From: Hypanus sabinus
Taxonomy: Eukaryota
Assembly (NCBI RefSeq): GCF_030144855.1
Contig: NC_082715.1
Coordinates: 146,196,001 to 146,260,000, forward strand
Length of the DNA stretch: 64,000 nucleotides
Reading direction: 5' to 3'
Part shown: one piece after another, positions 1 to 11,360 of the stretch
Position numbering within the stretch: the first letter of the stretch is position 1
Layout: every line of letters starts with the position of its first letter
The notes under the pieces: generated by a model
Databases searched by the model: none
The model's input: only the letters and a program-made list of their open reading frames with translations
Told to the model about the DNA's origin: nothing
Translations under genes and position numbers: made by a program

Positions 1-2255
1 AAAGATGGCATGCTTCCGGAAATGCTGAACTGTGTCAGCTAACTTTTATTTCAAAGATGACTACAAATTCCTGGAGAAATATTAGACCTGAGAACAGAAC
101 GATGGTGGTGATTAGAGATTTGACTCGGATTCACTTCGGAGAGTACTTATTGACGTCATTTTCCGGTGGAATTTTAATGTACCGCAAGAAGAGCCAAGTT
201 TAAACAAAGCCAAACATGCAAGCATACAATGGGCGTTTATTTAAGAACTGCTTCGACAATGAGGGGGAGGTGGGCTAGAGGGATTCTGTATGCCTGGACC
301 ACGGAATCGATATAGGTTACTCAAAGTACCAGTCTCATGCTATTGTTAATGATCTCAGTGATAGGGAGGAAACATCCGCCATTTAAATGCTCAGTTCAGA
401 AATATTTCAGGTCTCAGCCTCACACGCATGCTCAGGATCAATAATCACCTGGACAATCCTAACTCTAAATAATCCCAAAATGAGCATAATTAATGTCTTC
501 TCGTTATGTACATTGATTACTGCTCTAATAAGAATCATTGCCAACAATGTTGTCACACCCCAGCAATGTTACCCCAACTGCGACAACCATCAGAACATCT
601 GACACCTTGTACCTTCGTCCACTAATCAAACATAGCATTCACTCATCGAACGCGCTATTTTTACTTGCAGTAAAAAGGTGGAACAGAAGTTGAAAAGATG
701 GGTTCTCTTTATCTATTATCAATGCATATAATCTAAAGAGTTAACAGTTGTACGGAAACTCTCTGACTAGAACAGCACTCCCTATTTTGATTAAATATTC
801 TTTCGACCACTTTGTAAAGTGCGCATTTTCAAGCTCTGAGAACGATCTTTTGAAAACTGTCTGCATGCCGGTCAGTTTGTGTTGCTGTACCAAATACCGA
901 CAAGGCAGCACCCACATTGCACTGTTATTGACCCCTGTGACTTGGGCCAGGTTCACACTTCAAACCATTGGAGACACCATTGTTTGAGGAGTGTACGGAA
1001 AAAATGAGTTGTATAAAAAGAAAGATAAATTGTAATGATAGATTGTAAGATTGGCTTAAATTTATTTATTATTTTAACTATTGGTGTATTTATCTGTTTC
1101 ACGAACTAATTTTAATTAACAGGGTTAGTTAGTTTGTTTAATATCATGTTCCAATTTTAATATATTTTACAAATATTTCAGATCAGAGTACTGTATATAA
1201 CTTTCATGATAGTGCTGTTTAAAGCTAAACGTGTTTCGGCTTTCTGAAAGCGGAAGTGCCGAACAACAGACCACAAGGAAGATAAATGTTATTTCAGCCT
1301 TTGTCATGATAGAGATCTAAGTACACGAATAGTGACGTCATTCTTTAGTTTCGAAGTCACCGCTTAAAAAGATGGAGGGGTTTCAACAAACGTTCACAAG
1401 ACTAGTTCCAGGGACAGTAGACTCATCGTATGAGAATAATTTGCGTAGTCTGGGCCTTTTTTCTCCAGAGTTTACGAGTATAAAGGGAGATCTCAATGAT
1501 GTTTAAAATTCCAACAGATCTTAACACGCTGCATGAACACAAGCGACTTTTCAAGATGTTGCTCCACAACCACAGCTCCAGTCTCAGACTGGGCAGTTGC
1601 TAGTAGAAACTGAAGTGAGAAGCACTCCGGGACTTTTGGCGGAATTCTGACAAGGGGCGTTCTCGGTGGTGGAATTTTTCACCCTTTCAATGCATAGTTA
1701 TTAAATTCATTCATAAAATCGACGGATTTCTGAATATTAAGGCAGAAGGCACGAACATGACGCTGAGGTCGAATCTCAACTACAACTTGATGAATGTCTG
1801 AACATACTGGGAGGTCAAAATGTCCTATTCCTCGTCTCAGTTTTCTGGGTAATAACCGATACAACCAGGGTCACGTCATCAGCTGTCAAAAAACCTTTTC
1901 AACATTTCAGGACGTAACTTTCTTACTGCTCCGCCTGCATTGGGAAAAGTGCAGAGCAGTTCAGGGATGGTATTTTGCGGTACCATTCCGAGTTTAGGTC
2001 GAGAGATACAGGAAATAGCTGCAAACATAGCCTGTAAAGACTGCTGGCTTCTTTCTCTGAGATGCCATGAGTACAAATTCCATCTTTAGCGAATTACTGC
2101 CTTTAATTTCTGACTGTGGGTATCAACAAACGGAGCGGAGTAGGCTCGCTCAAACTGTCCTTTCTTTTGTATTCCCAACATCGCTCCTGCAAATCAACGC
2201 TCGTAGTTGCGGTGTTTGTACCGCGGCATCTCCACTCAACACATTCCGCTAATGT
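1..2255 (-). repeat. Inverted copy of the C-downstream homology block
   Basis: The reverse complement is collinear with ~35895-38270 and, more divergently, with ~21470-23820. Confidence 0.85.
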
Positions 2256-2564
2256 TGAATCTGGTCAGAGAGTTTCCGTATAACTGTTTACTATTTAGAT
2301 TATATGCATTGATAAAAGGTAAAAAGAACCCATCTTTTCAATCTGTTCCACCTTTTTACTGCAAGTAAACATAACGCCTTGGATGAGCGAATGCTATGTT
2401 TGATTAGTGGACGAAGGTACAAGGTGTCAGATGTTCTGCTGGTTGTCGCAGTCGGGATACCATTGCTGGGGTGTGACAATATTGTTGGCAATGATTCTTA
2501 TTAGAGCAGTAATCAATGTGCATAACGAGAAGACATTAATTATGCTCATTTTGGGATTATTTAG

Positions 2565-3409
2565 TGTTACGTATTCAGGCAACAATAAATATATGAGATC
2601 GGCAAGGGTTTCTTATAACAAACAACACGTTTATTAAACACAGAAAACAAACCCCCCAAAAGTAAACAAACACTACCGTAACCGGAAACAGCTGCTGAGC
2701 GGCAGCCCAAACAGTTCGTAAAGTGATATTCCAAGAACAGTTCTTTAAAGTGGTATTGCCAAAAGTTCGATATGCTCACAGTCCATTTAAAAGGAGAGAC
2801 TTTATGGGACGATTTAGGTTCTCTTTCACGTCGCTTGCTTCGATCCCCGACATCGAACTTCCCACGAAGAATTCACGAAACAGAACGGCTTAAAGGCACT
2901 GACCTTTCCTTCTCCACTACCTTCAATCCTTTCTAGGTAAACCTAGGGATTAACACGAAGATAGTCAACGAAATCCTTCCAAATAAGGATCAAACAAAGG
3001 TCGCCCCCATTTCACCGTAGAAAGCGATTCTCCTCGATCTTTAACTTCCAACTTCGAATCTTCACTCTCCACTAATTTCCTCGAACTAACAGAATCCTAA
3101 AGAACCTGCTGGCAATGACCTCTTAAACTTTAGGCATTAAATAAAAACTTCATCCTTCAACTAAACTGCGTCATCTCTTCAAACACGCAGTGGCATGAAG
3201 TCAACCTGGCAAATCCAGCCACGAACTGCCCCTCCTCACAGGGTGGGGTCTACCTTTTATAACCTGTAAAAAAAAACCGTCACGTGATCTCTACTGGCGG
3301 GAAAATGACGTCATTCCACCATCACAAGACCATCACCTCAAGTCCAGTACAGCTTCAACCCCAGTCACATGACAAGGGCTCCACTGTCATGTGTCACGAG
3401 TACGTAACA
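2565..3409 (-). mobile_element. Solo LTR (845 bp), probably Ty3/Gypsy type
   Basis: Termini TGTTACGTA...TACGTAACA, 4-bp TSD TTAG (2561-2564, 3410-3413), and the empty site is visible in paralogous copies. Minus-strand TATAAAA near 3255-3262 and AATAAA near 2630-2635 give the orientation. Confidence 0.88.
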
Positions 3410-4974
3410 TTAGAGTTAGGATTGTCCAGGTGATTATTGATCCTGAGCATGCGTGTGAGGCTGAGACCAGAAATATTTCTGAACTGAGCATTTAAATGGC
3501 GGATGTTTCCTCCCTATCACTGAGATCATTAACAATAGCATGAGACTGGTACTTTGAGTAACCTATATCGATTCCGTGGTCCAGGCATACAGAATCCCTC
3601 TAGCCCATCTCCCCCTCATTGTCGAAGCAGTTCTTAAATAAACGCCCATTGTATGCTTGCATGTTATGCTTTGTTTAAACTTGGCTCTTCTTGCGGTGCA
3701 TTAAAATTTCTCCGGAAAATGACGTCAATAAGTACTCTCCGAAGTGAATCCGAGTCAAATCTCTAATCACCACCATCGTTCTGTTCTCAGGTTTAATATT
3801 TCTCCAGGAATTTGTAGTCATCTTTGAAATAAAAGTTAGCTGACACAGTTCAGCATTTCTGTAAGCATGCCATCTTTGATTTTATTGGATATCTGATTAT
3901 ATTATAGGTTCCTTGTTGTAAATTAGTAATATTTTGGTGGCATCTAACAAGTCAAATATCGAAGAAAGTTGCTGCATTATCAAAATAGGACCACCTAACT
4001 CCACCCACTGCCTATCCCTGTTGCAGCACGACCATGTCCTTAACCATTATCTTGCTATTCCTCGTACACTGCGCTTCACAAGGTCTTCTAACTTCCAGCA
4101 GATTCACCGATGGATACCGTATATGTCTGATCTAAGAGGAGAAAGTTGGGAATGCTTCATATAAAAAGAAGATTTTTGTCCTCGTATTATGCAAACCTTC
4201 ACTCAAAGACAGCTGACTCTAGATCAAGTTTTAACAACTACTTAAAAGGCTTCCCAATGTTTGGTTTATCAAAACAATTGATGATTTTGCACAGTGATTG
4301 CCTCACATTCTGTTAAACTACAATAACTTTACTCTAGTTTTCTTAAAAATCTGTTGAATGGATATTGTTTTCACCTTAGGAATTAATGCAGTCTACTAAG
4401 CTGCACTGACTCCAAGCAAATATATCGTGACTAAGACACAGAAAATATGGACTAGGTAGAAAAAAATCGTGGTTTCTGAAAATTCCTGTAAAATATGAAC
4501 AAGTCATTTAAATCAAATCATTTAAATATACCACTTACCTCCTGTATGCGAAGCCAAAATATAATGCGTAAAAGTAATATTGTAAATACTTTATATTGCA
4601 TTTGGCAAATCAAAATTGAAAGATCAGAAACAAAAGCTCAGCAAGGTCGTCGAAATATGAACATCACTTACTGTTAATCAATAATAAATGTCAAAACATT
4701 ACTTTTGATTTATTGCTCTGCAACATCTCAACGTATGGGACAATATATTTTATGAAATATCACCACTCCAGATTTCCCCATTTCCGATCGATTTATCCGA
4801 TCTCGTCGGAAACTACTTCAATATTACATTCACACATTCACAGTGTTGTAAGGGTGTTCACTATTTCAATGAGATGACCACTCTGTTCTGAACAGTGGAG
4901 AATTCAGGTATAATATTCACAACTCTTCACATAGAATTAACCCCTCTTGGAGAGTGAATTTCAATTTCAACGAT

Positions 4975-5237
4975 AGTAGCGCGAACCTGAGCGGTACCGG
5001 AGTTCGGAGTTGAATCCCTACGTAATTCGTAAGGAGTTTCTATGTTCCTCCCCGTGATCTCGTGAGTTTCCTCCGGGTGTTCCGGTTTCCTGCCACATTC
5101 TAAAAATGTGTATTGTATATTGTCCTATGCTTAGGGTAGGGCTCATAGCGGGGGTGTGCGGGGAGGGTGCTGCTCGGCTGTGAGGCTCATTGGGTCGGAA
5201 GGTGGTGTTCCACGCTATGTCTCTAAATACGTAAATA
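4975..5237 (+). mobile_element. V-SINE/HE1-like SINE
   Basis: Core gtgagtttcctccgggtgttccggtttcctgccacattc with A-rich tail. Paralogous copies at ~12065-12285, ~24978-25225, ~39340-39606, ~45067-45287 and ~57981-58228. Confidence 0.7.
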
Positions 5238-5711
5238 AAATCTTCAGGTTCCGTCCTGTTAAAGTTCGACTGCGAATCCACTATGCTATTTTACTATTAT
5301 AATCATGTCCCACTGCTCTTCCCGCAGATTGTTTCCATTAATTTTCGGTGAATCATTTATAGATCCTAAACAGCAAGATCAAATGTATTCTAAAATTCAT
5401 CTTGTCAGACCTATATATTTTACATGGCGCAGTAAGATCATCTCTCATTTTGCTGAAATCCGGTAACTTTACACCAATCTTATTAAGTGCCTTATAATGG
5501 GTCATCACTACAGAAGTACTCCAGTAAAATTATGTTTTATTCATTCCAAATCATGTGTAAGCTATACTGTGGAAAGAGAAACAGACAGCAATCAGTATTC
5601 TACATGTACAATATTCTCGGGAGCAGCTGTACAATTTCAGCAATACCTGGTGTAATGTTCAGTATACATAATAGACCATGAAATAACATGAGCCAAATTA
5701 ATAATAAATAT

Positions 5712-5836
5712 CAAACACGAGGAAATCTGCAGATGCCAGAAATTGAAGCAACACATGCAAAATGCTGGTGGAATACAGCAGGCCAGGCAGCATCTATGGA
5801 GAGAAGCACTGTCGACGTTTCGGGCCGAGACCTTTC
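5712..5836 (-). mobile_element. Penelope-type terminal fragment
   Basis: Reverse complement reads aggtctcggcccgaaacgtcgac...gatgctgcctggcctgctg...tgtgttgc. Related copies at ~9305-9400 (+), ~18702-18745, ~40076-40200 and ~42307-42402. Confidence 0.55.
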
Positions 5837-6625
5837 GTATTAAATATTAAATATGCCTGCTGTTAAACTAAAGAGGGAAGAGCAAATAAGCGCATCGGAG
5901 AAGATGTCAGAATATTGACTTTTAATTTGAAATGTCACACATTAATATTCAACTTTGAATTATCACAATATTTATCCTGTCTTCCATGTAAGGCTAACTT
6001 CTCTAGATTAGCAATACAGAAGGAATGGGTGCCTTAACGCAATTGTGAATGCTGAAATAATTCGTAAAATCACTAACATCAAATGATATTCATTCTTCAA
6101 TAGCTATTCAGTATTTTGAGCGTTTTTGGCTCCAGGATCCACCATATTCTGAATCAGTTTTTCAGAATGAGTTAAGTTTTATGCAGAAACGTTTTATGCC
6201 CAGAAATTGGAAACGAGTGATAAACATCAGAAGAGCGAAGGAAGGGTTTGGAATCACCATATTTCCAATGTTGCCAATTTCATTAGTTCCATGATATTCT
6301 CTAGGAGACTGTTAAGTTAGTCATCCTCCGTTTTCATCTATCAGATAAGGAGAGATTTCTCATAGGCTTATTTCCACCAGACCTGTATATTCACCCGGCA
6401 CTTTACTGTCTCTTCCTCGGAATCCACAATGCAAACAATTTGGATGTGCTGCATTTGGACTCTGTATACAGATCATTGACGTAGATTGTGAACAGCAGTC
6501 GTGGTTTCTCTGAAACTATCTGAATATCACAATTATCCAAACAAAACGAGCCTTTAACCCTTAGCCCCTGTCAAAATAGTCTCTAATACGGTGTTATTTT
6601 AAAAAATCTTGACTATTAACCCGTT

Positions 6626-6940
6626 GCTTTGGCGCGTGGCCAAGTGTATAAGGCATCGGTCTTGTGATCTGAAGGTCACTAGTTCGAGCCTCAGCTGAGG
6701 CAGAGCGTTGTGTCCTTGAGCAAGGCACTTAACAACACATTGCTCTGCGACGACATCGGTGTCGAGCTGTTTGGGTCTTCGTGCCCTTCCCTTGGACAAC
6801 ATCGGTGGCGTGGAGAAGGGTGACTTGCAGCTCGGGCAACTGCCGGTCTCCCATACAGCCCTGCTCAGGCCTGTGCCCTGGAAAAAGAAACCTTCCAAGG
6901 CGCAAATCCCTGTTCTCACGGACTAACGGATGCCTTTATA
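6626..6940 (+). mobile_element. tRNA-derived SINE
   Basis: A-box-like TGGCCAAGTG and B-box-like AGTTCGAGCC head, then the ccttgagcaaggcacttaac core. Paralogue at ~40990-41305; 5'-truncated copies at ~14625-14855 and ~47627-47857. Confidence 0.75.
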
Positions 6941-7168
6941 AATTAGTCCGTTGTTATGCTTCCATTCGAAGGCCTTCTGGAAGTCCATATACACAACGAC
7001 ACTGATTATACCTTCTGTATTCTGCTACTAACAGCCATCAATAAGCCAGCTCAAAGTTAATTCCCATTTATAAATACTTGCTGATACTGTCCATTCCCAT
7101 AATTACTTTCCAAGTGCCTTCTTCCTTGTTCAATAATTATCGTTAGTTATTGCTTTATTTATTTATTT

Positions 7169-8436
7169 AGATAGATAGATAGATAGATAGATAGATACTT
7201 CATTCATCCCCAAGGGGAAATTCAACATTTTTCCAGTGTCCCATACACATTGTAGCAAAACTAATTACATACAGTATTTAACTAGGTATAAATATGATAT
7301 GCATCTAAAATCCCCTCCCAAAAAGCATTAATAAATAGCTTTTAAAAAGTTCTCATATAGTTTACTAAAGTGCATTGAGTGGTAACTTAAGCTCAGTCCT
7401 AACCCCGGCACTTTAACATGTCTTGCCCCTGGTGGTTGAATTGTAGAGCCGAATGGCGTTGGGGAGTAATGATCTCTTCATCCTGTCTGAGGAGCATTGC
7501 ATTGACAGCAACCTGCCGCTGAAGCTGCTTCTCTGTCTCTGGATGGTGCTGTGCAGAGGATGTTCAGGGTTTTCCATGATTGACCGTAGCCTACTCAGCG
7601 CCCTCCGCTCTACCACCGATGTCATACTCTCCAGTTCTGTGCCCACGACAGAGACCGCCTTCCTTACCAGCTTATTAAGACGTGAGACGTCCCTCTTCTT
7701 AATGCTGACCTCCCCAGCACGCCACCACAAAGAACAGGGCGCTCTCCACAACTGACCGATAGAACATCTTCAGGGTCCTACTACAAACATTGAATGACGC
7801 CAGCCTTCTGAGGAAGTACAGTCGACTCTGCACTTTCCTGCACAGGGCATCAGTGTTGGCAGTCCAGTCTAGCTTCTCGTCTAACTGCACTCCCAGATAC
7901 TTGTAGGTCTTAACCTGCTCCACACATTCTCCATTAATGATCACTGGCTCCATATGAGGCCGAGGTCTCCTAAAGTCCACCACCATCTCCTTGGTGATAT
8001 TGAGACGCAGGTAGTTTGAGTTGCACCATATCACAAATTCCTGTATCAGTTTCCTATACTGTTCCTCCTGACCATTCCTGACACACCCCACTATGGCCGT
8101 GTCATCAGCGGACTTCTGCACATGGCAGGACTCCGAGTTATATTGGAAGTCTGATGTGTACAGGGTGAACAGGACCGGAGAGAGCACGGTCCCCTGCGGC
8201 ACTCCTGTGCTGCTGACCACTGTGTCAGACCTACAGTCTCCCAACAGCACATACTGAGGTCTGTCTTTCCAGTAATCCGTTGTCCAAGCCACCATGTGTG
8301 CGTCTACTCCCATCTCCGTTAGTTTGTGCCTTAAGATCCTGGGCTGGATGGTGTTAAAGGCACTAGAGAAGTCCAGGAATGTAATCCTCACAGCACCACT
8401 GACCCTGTCCAGGTGAGAGAGGGATTTGTGCAGCAA
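7169..8436 (-). mobile_element. 5'-truncated Rex1/Babar-type LINE
   Basis: RT ORF 7699..8436 (FLDFSSAFNTI, GVPQGTVLSPVLFTLYT, SADD) and C-terminal ORF ending ...NAIRLYNS; (GATA)n tail at ~7169-7197. Confidence 0.85.
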
Positions 8437-8571
8437 GTACGTTATTTACCTCCTGTTGATCATCAGTTGAATTGTTTTTAGTTGGCAGCGTACGCCCTCC
8501 CCTTCCTTCTGTAAATGATGGGGTTCAAATAGCCACCTTCGAATGAATAAGAAACGCTATAAACTTTGGAA

Positions 8572-8790
8572 CAGGATTTCTCAACCGGGGTTCCGCAGAA
8601 ACCTACGGTTCCGCGAGTGGTCGCCAGGAGTTCTTTTGAGAGATCGTGATTTCAAACAAAAGCATCGTTTTTTTAAACTTCGAGCAATTCGCGGTTCTAG
8701 CTCTTGCAGTGGTGGGCAGTGATCGAGCAGCCTATGAGTAATTTCGTTCGTGTTCGCACAGTCCAGTATGGCAGTGCGCAGCAGGGGCAT
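8572..8790 (+). mobile_element. Possible hAT-family terminal fragment
   Basis: CAGGATTTCTCAACCGGGGTTCCGC resembles hAT-Charlie termini; no matching second end identified. Confidence 0.35.
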
Positions 8791-8876
8791 ATTTAATACA
8801 TTGAGGCTTTTCTCAGTTTTTGACGCGAAATGGGTGGGGGTCGTTGATAATTTGTGAACGCTGTATTCCACAGTCG

Positions 8877-9014
8877 GGAGGATGGTAGGCTGACAATTGA
8901 TGATCACTGTATTACACGGAGCGGAGGATGGTAGGCTGACAATTGGTGATCACTGTATTACACGGACGGGAGGACTGTAGGCTGATAATTGGTGAGTGCT
9001 GTATTACACGGAGG
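8877..9014 (+). repeat. 46-bp minisatellite (3 units)
   Basis: Unit ggaggatggtaggctgacaattgatgatcactgtattacacggagc; the paralogue at ~41846-42030 has 4 units. Confidence 0.85.
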
Positions 9015-9445
9015 GACGACGGCTGACTGATGAGGAACGCGAAGTGCGTTTTCCGAGTATTGAATGGGATTCACCCAACTTGGGTTGTGACGCCAGTCTC
9101 TTCCTTACGAATTAACTCCCCCAACTTCCCTTTACGCGCGTGGACTGACCTATGGGAGCGAACAAACTACGAGTGTAGAGACAATTGGAGATAACTTTTC
9201 TTTGTAAAGAAGGAAAATTGAGACTCAGCTACTTGCTTTGCTGTTGTGGTAAACGTTGGAAAAGGTGGATTGGGTAGATTAGAAGTGAATTGCATTGTGA
9301 ACCGTCCTGCTGAAGGGTTTCGGCTCATCGACTGTACTTTTTTCCACAGATGCTGCCTGGTCTGCTGAGGTCCTCCAGTATTTTGTGTGTGTTGCTCAGA
9401 TTTTGTCTGGTTCGTGTGTTGCGAAATTTTCATATCTTTTTTCAA

Positions 9446-10560
9446 GTCAAATCACTTTTTATTCTCATTTCGACCATAACTGCTGGTACACTACGCAGTA
9501 AAAACGAGACAACGTTTTTCAGGACCATGATACTAAATGAAATTATACAAAAACTATACTGAACTACGTAAAAAAAAACACAGATAAAAAACTACACTAG
9601 ACTACAGGCCTACCCAGGACCGCATAAAGTGCACAAAACAGTGCAGGCATTACAATAAATAATAAACAAGGGAATCGGCACAGTAGAGGGCAGTAAGTCG
9701 GTGCAGTCCAGGCTCTAGGTATTGAGGAGTCTGATACCTTGGGGGAAGAAACTGTTACATAGTCTGGTCGTGAGAGCGAGAATGCTACGGTGCCCTTTCC
9801 CAGATGGCAGGAGGGAGAAGAGTTTATATGAGGGGTGCGTGGGATCCTTCATGATGCGGCTTGCTTTGCGGATGGAGCGTGTAGTGAAAATGTCCGTAAT
9901 GGCGGTAAGAGGGACCCCGATGATCTTCTCAGCTGACCTCACTATCCGCTGCAGGGACTTGCGATCCGAAATGGTGCAATTTCCGAACCAGATAGTGATG
10001 CAGCTGCCCAGGATGCTCTCAATACAACTCCTGCAGAATGTGATGAGGATAGGGGTTGGGAGATGGATTTTTCTCCACCTTCGCAGAAAGTAAAGACACT
10101 GTTGGGCTTTATTTGCTATGGAGCTGGTGTTGAGGGACCAGGTGAGATTCTCCGCCAGGTGAACACCAACAGATTTGGTGCTCTTAACGATTTATACTCA
10201 GGAGCCGTCAAAGACTAGCGGGGAGTGGTCGCTTCGTGCCATTCTGAGGTCAACAACCATCTCTTTTGTTTCCTTCACATTCAGAGACAGGTTGTTGGCT
10301 CTGAACCAGTCCGTTAGCCGCTGCACCTCCTCTCTGTAAGCTGACTCGTCTTTCTTGCAGATGAGACCCAGCACGGTCGTGCCATCGGCGAAATTGATGA
10401 TATGGTTGCGGCTGTGTGTTGCAGCGTAGTTATGGGTCAGCAGAGTGAACAGCAGTGGACTGAACACACAGCCATGGGGGCCCGCGTGCGCAGTGTGATG
10501 GTGTTGGAGATGCTGGCTCCGATCCGGACTGACTGAGGTCTCCCAGTCAGGAAGTCTAGT
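9446..10560 (-). mobile_element. Rex/Babar (L2-group) LINE 3' fragment containing the duplication breakpoint
   Basis: Frames SPLLFTLLTH..INFADGTTVLG..NLSLNVKETKEMVVD and PLTAITDI..DPTHP..SFFPQGIRLLN. Boundaries approximate. Confidence 0.8.
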
Positions 10561-10649
10561 TTTCTAGCCTAGAAGTCTAGTCTAGATTTCGGTTTTCTGG
10601 TTCAGTTATTTATTAAGCCGTTCTTCGCATACAGTCCGTCTTTGCAAAG

Positions 10650-11360
10650 GAAGCAACTTTTCAGTGGGTTTTACATGGTCTGGTGATTCAGGTTGTCCTA
10701 TTCCATTGTGTCCAGTCTGTGGCAAACAACGTAGAAATCCAGCAATGTCTCCAGCAAAATTGAAAAGGCACCTAACTACTAATCACAGTCATTAGACATG
10801 TAATAATGTTGATTATTCTAATCGGCTATTGGAATCTCAAAACAGACTAAAGCTTTGGTTAATAAAGTCACAGTCAGTAAAAGATTCAGAATTAAGCTAT
10901 TATCCTGAAACGAAAATATCACACAGTTGTTGAGGACCTAACAATGCCAGCATGTAAAATTATCATGGGTGAATTGCTAGGACAAGATTCAGTACGAGAA
11001 ATTGCAAAGATTTCACCCACAAAATTACGATAATCGATGTATTGATGACAAGTCACAGGATGCTGAAAAGATTTTGTGTGATAAGCTGAAAAACAACAGC
11101 TTCTCTATCCAGGTTGACGAGTCAAAAAATTGACCAATAAATGTCATGTTGTGGTATTTGTAAAATTTATAAGTGATGGTGAAATCCAAGAAAACTTTTT
11201 GCGTTGCAAAGAGCTTCCCGAAACAAGAACAGGCCAAGATAGATCTGATGTTTGATCTTCATATTGGAAAAAAGTGTCTGTCTTGGAGGAACTGTGTTGA
11301 CATCAGTACTGACGGTGCCCCATCAATGGTTGGTTCTATGAGATCTTTCCTTTCTCTTGA
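10650..11360 (+). mobile_element. Decayed hAT (Charlie/Buster, ZBED5-like) transposase fragment
   Basis: Broken frames read DAEKILCDKLKNNSFSIQVDES, IQENFLRCKELPET and WRNCVDISTDGAPSMVG, typical catalytic-region motifs. Duplicated at ~43652-44362. Confidence 0.7.

Larger units (their letters stand above)
2258..7140 (+). repeat. Direct paralogue of the distal C-downstream block
   Basis: Collinear with ~37490-41506 apart from the solo LTR; shared SINEs at offset ~34366-34368. Confidence 0.85.

Noticed and set aside
4842-4880. CACAGTG heptamers (here, ~4291 and ~39206) as RSS
   Set aside because: No ACAAAAACC-like nonamer at 12 or 23 nt and no adjacent V or J segment.
6626-6710. tRNA gene
   Set aside because: A/B-box-like head runs into a SINE body and recurs with it; no complete cloverleaf.
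8877-9014. CRISPR-like array
   Set aside because: Contiguous tandem units without unique spacers, in a vertebrate genome with no cas genes.
9027-9060. CTGATGA plus hairpin as a hammerhead ribozyme (also ~42043)
   Set aside because: The stem is followed by GAGT rather than GAAA, and no stem I/III with a cleavage triplet was found.
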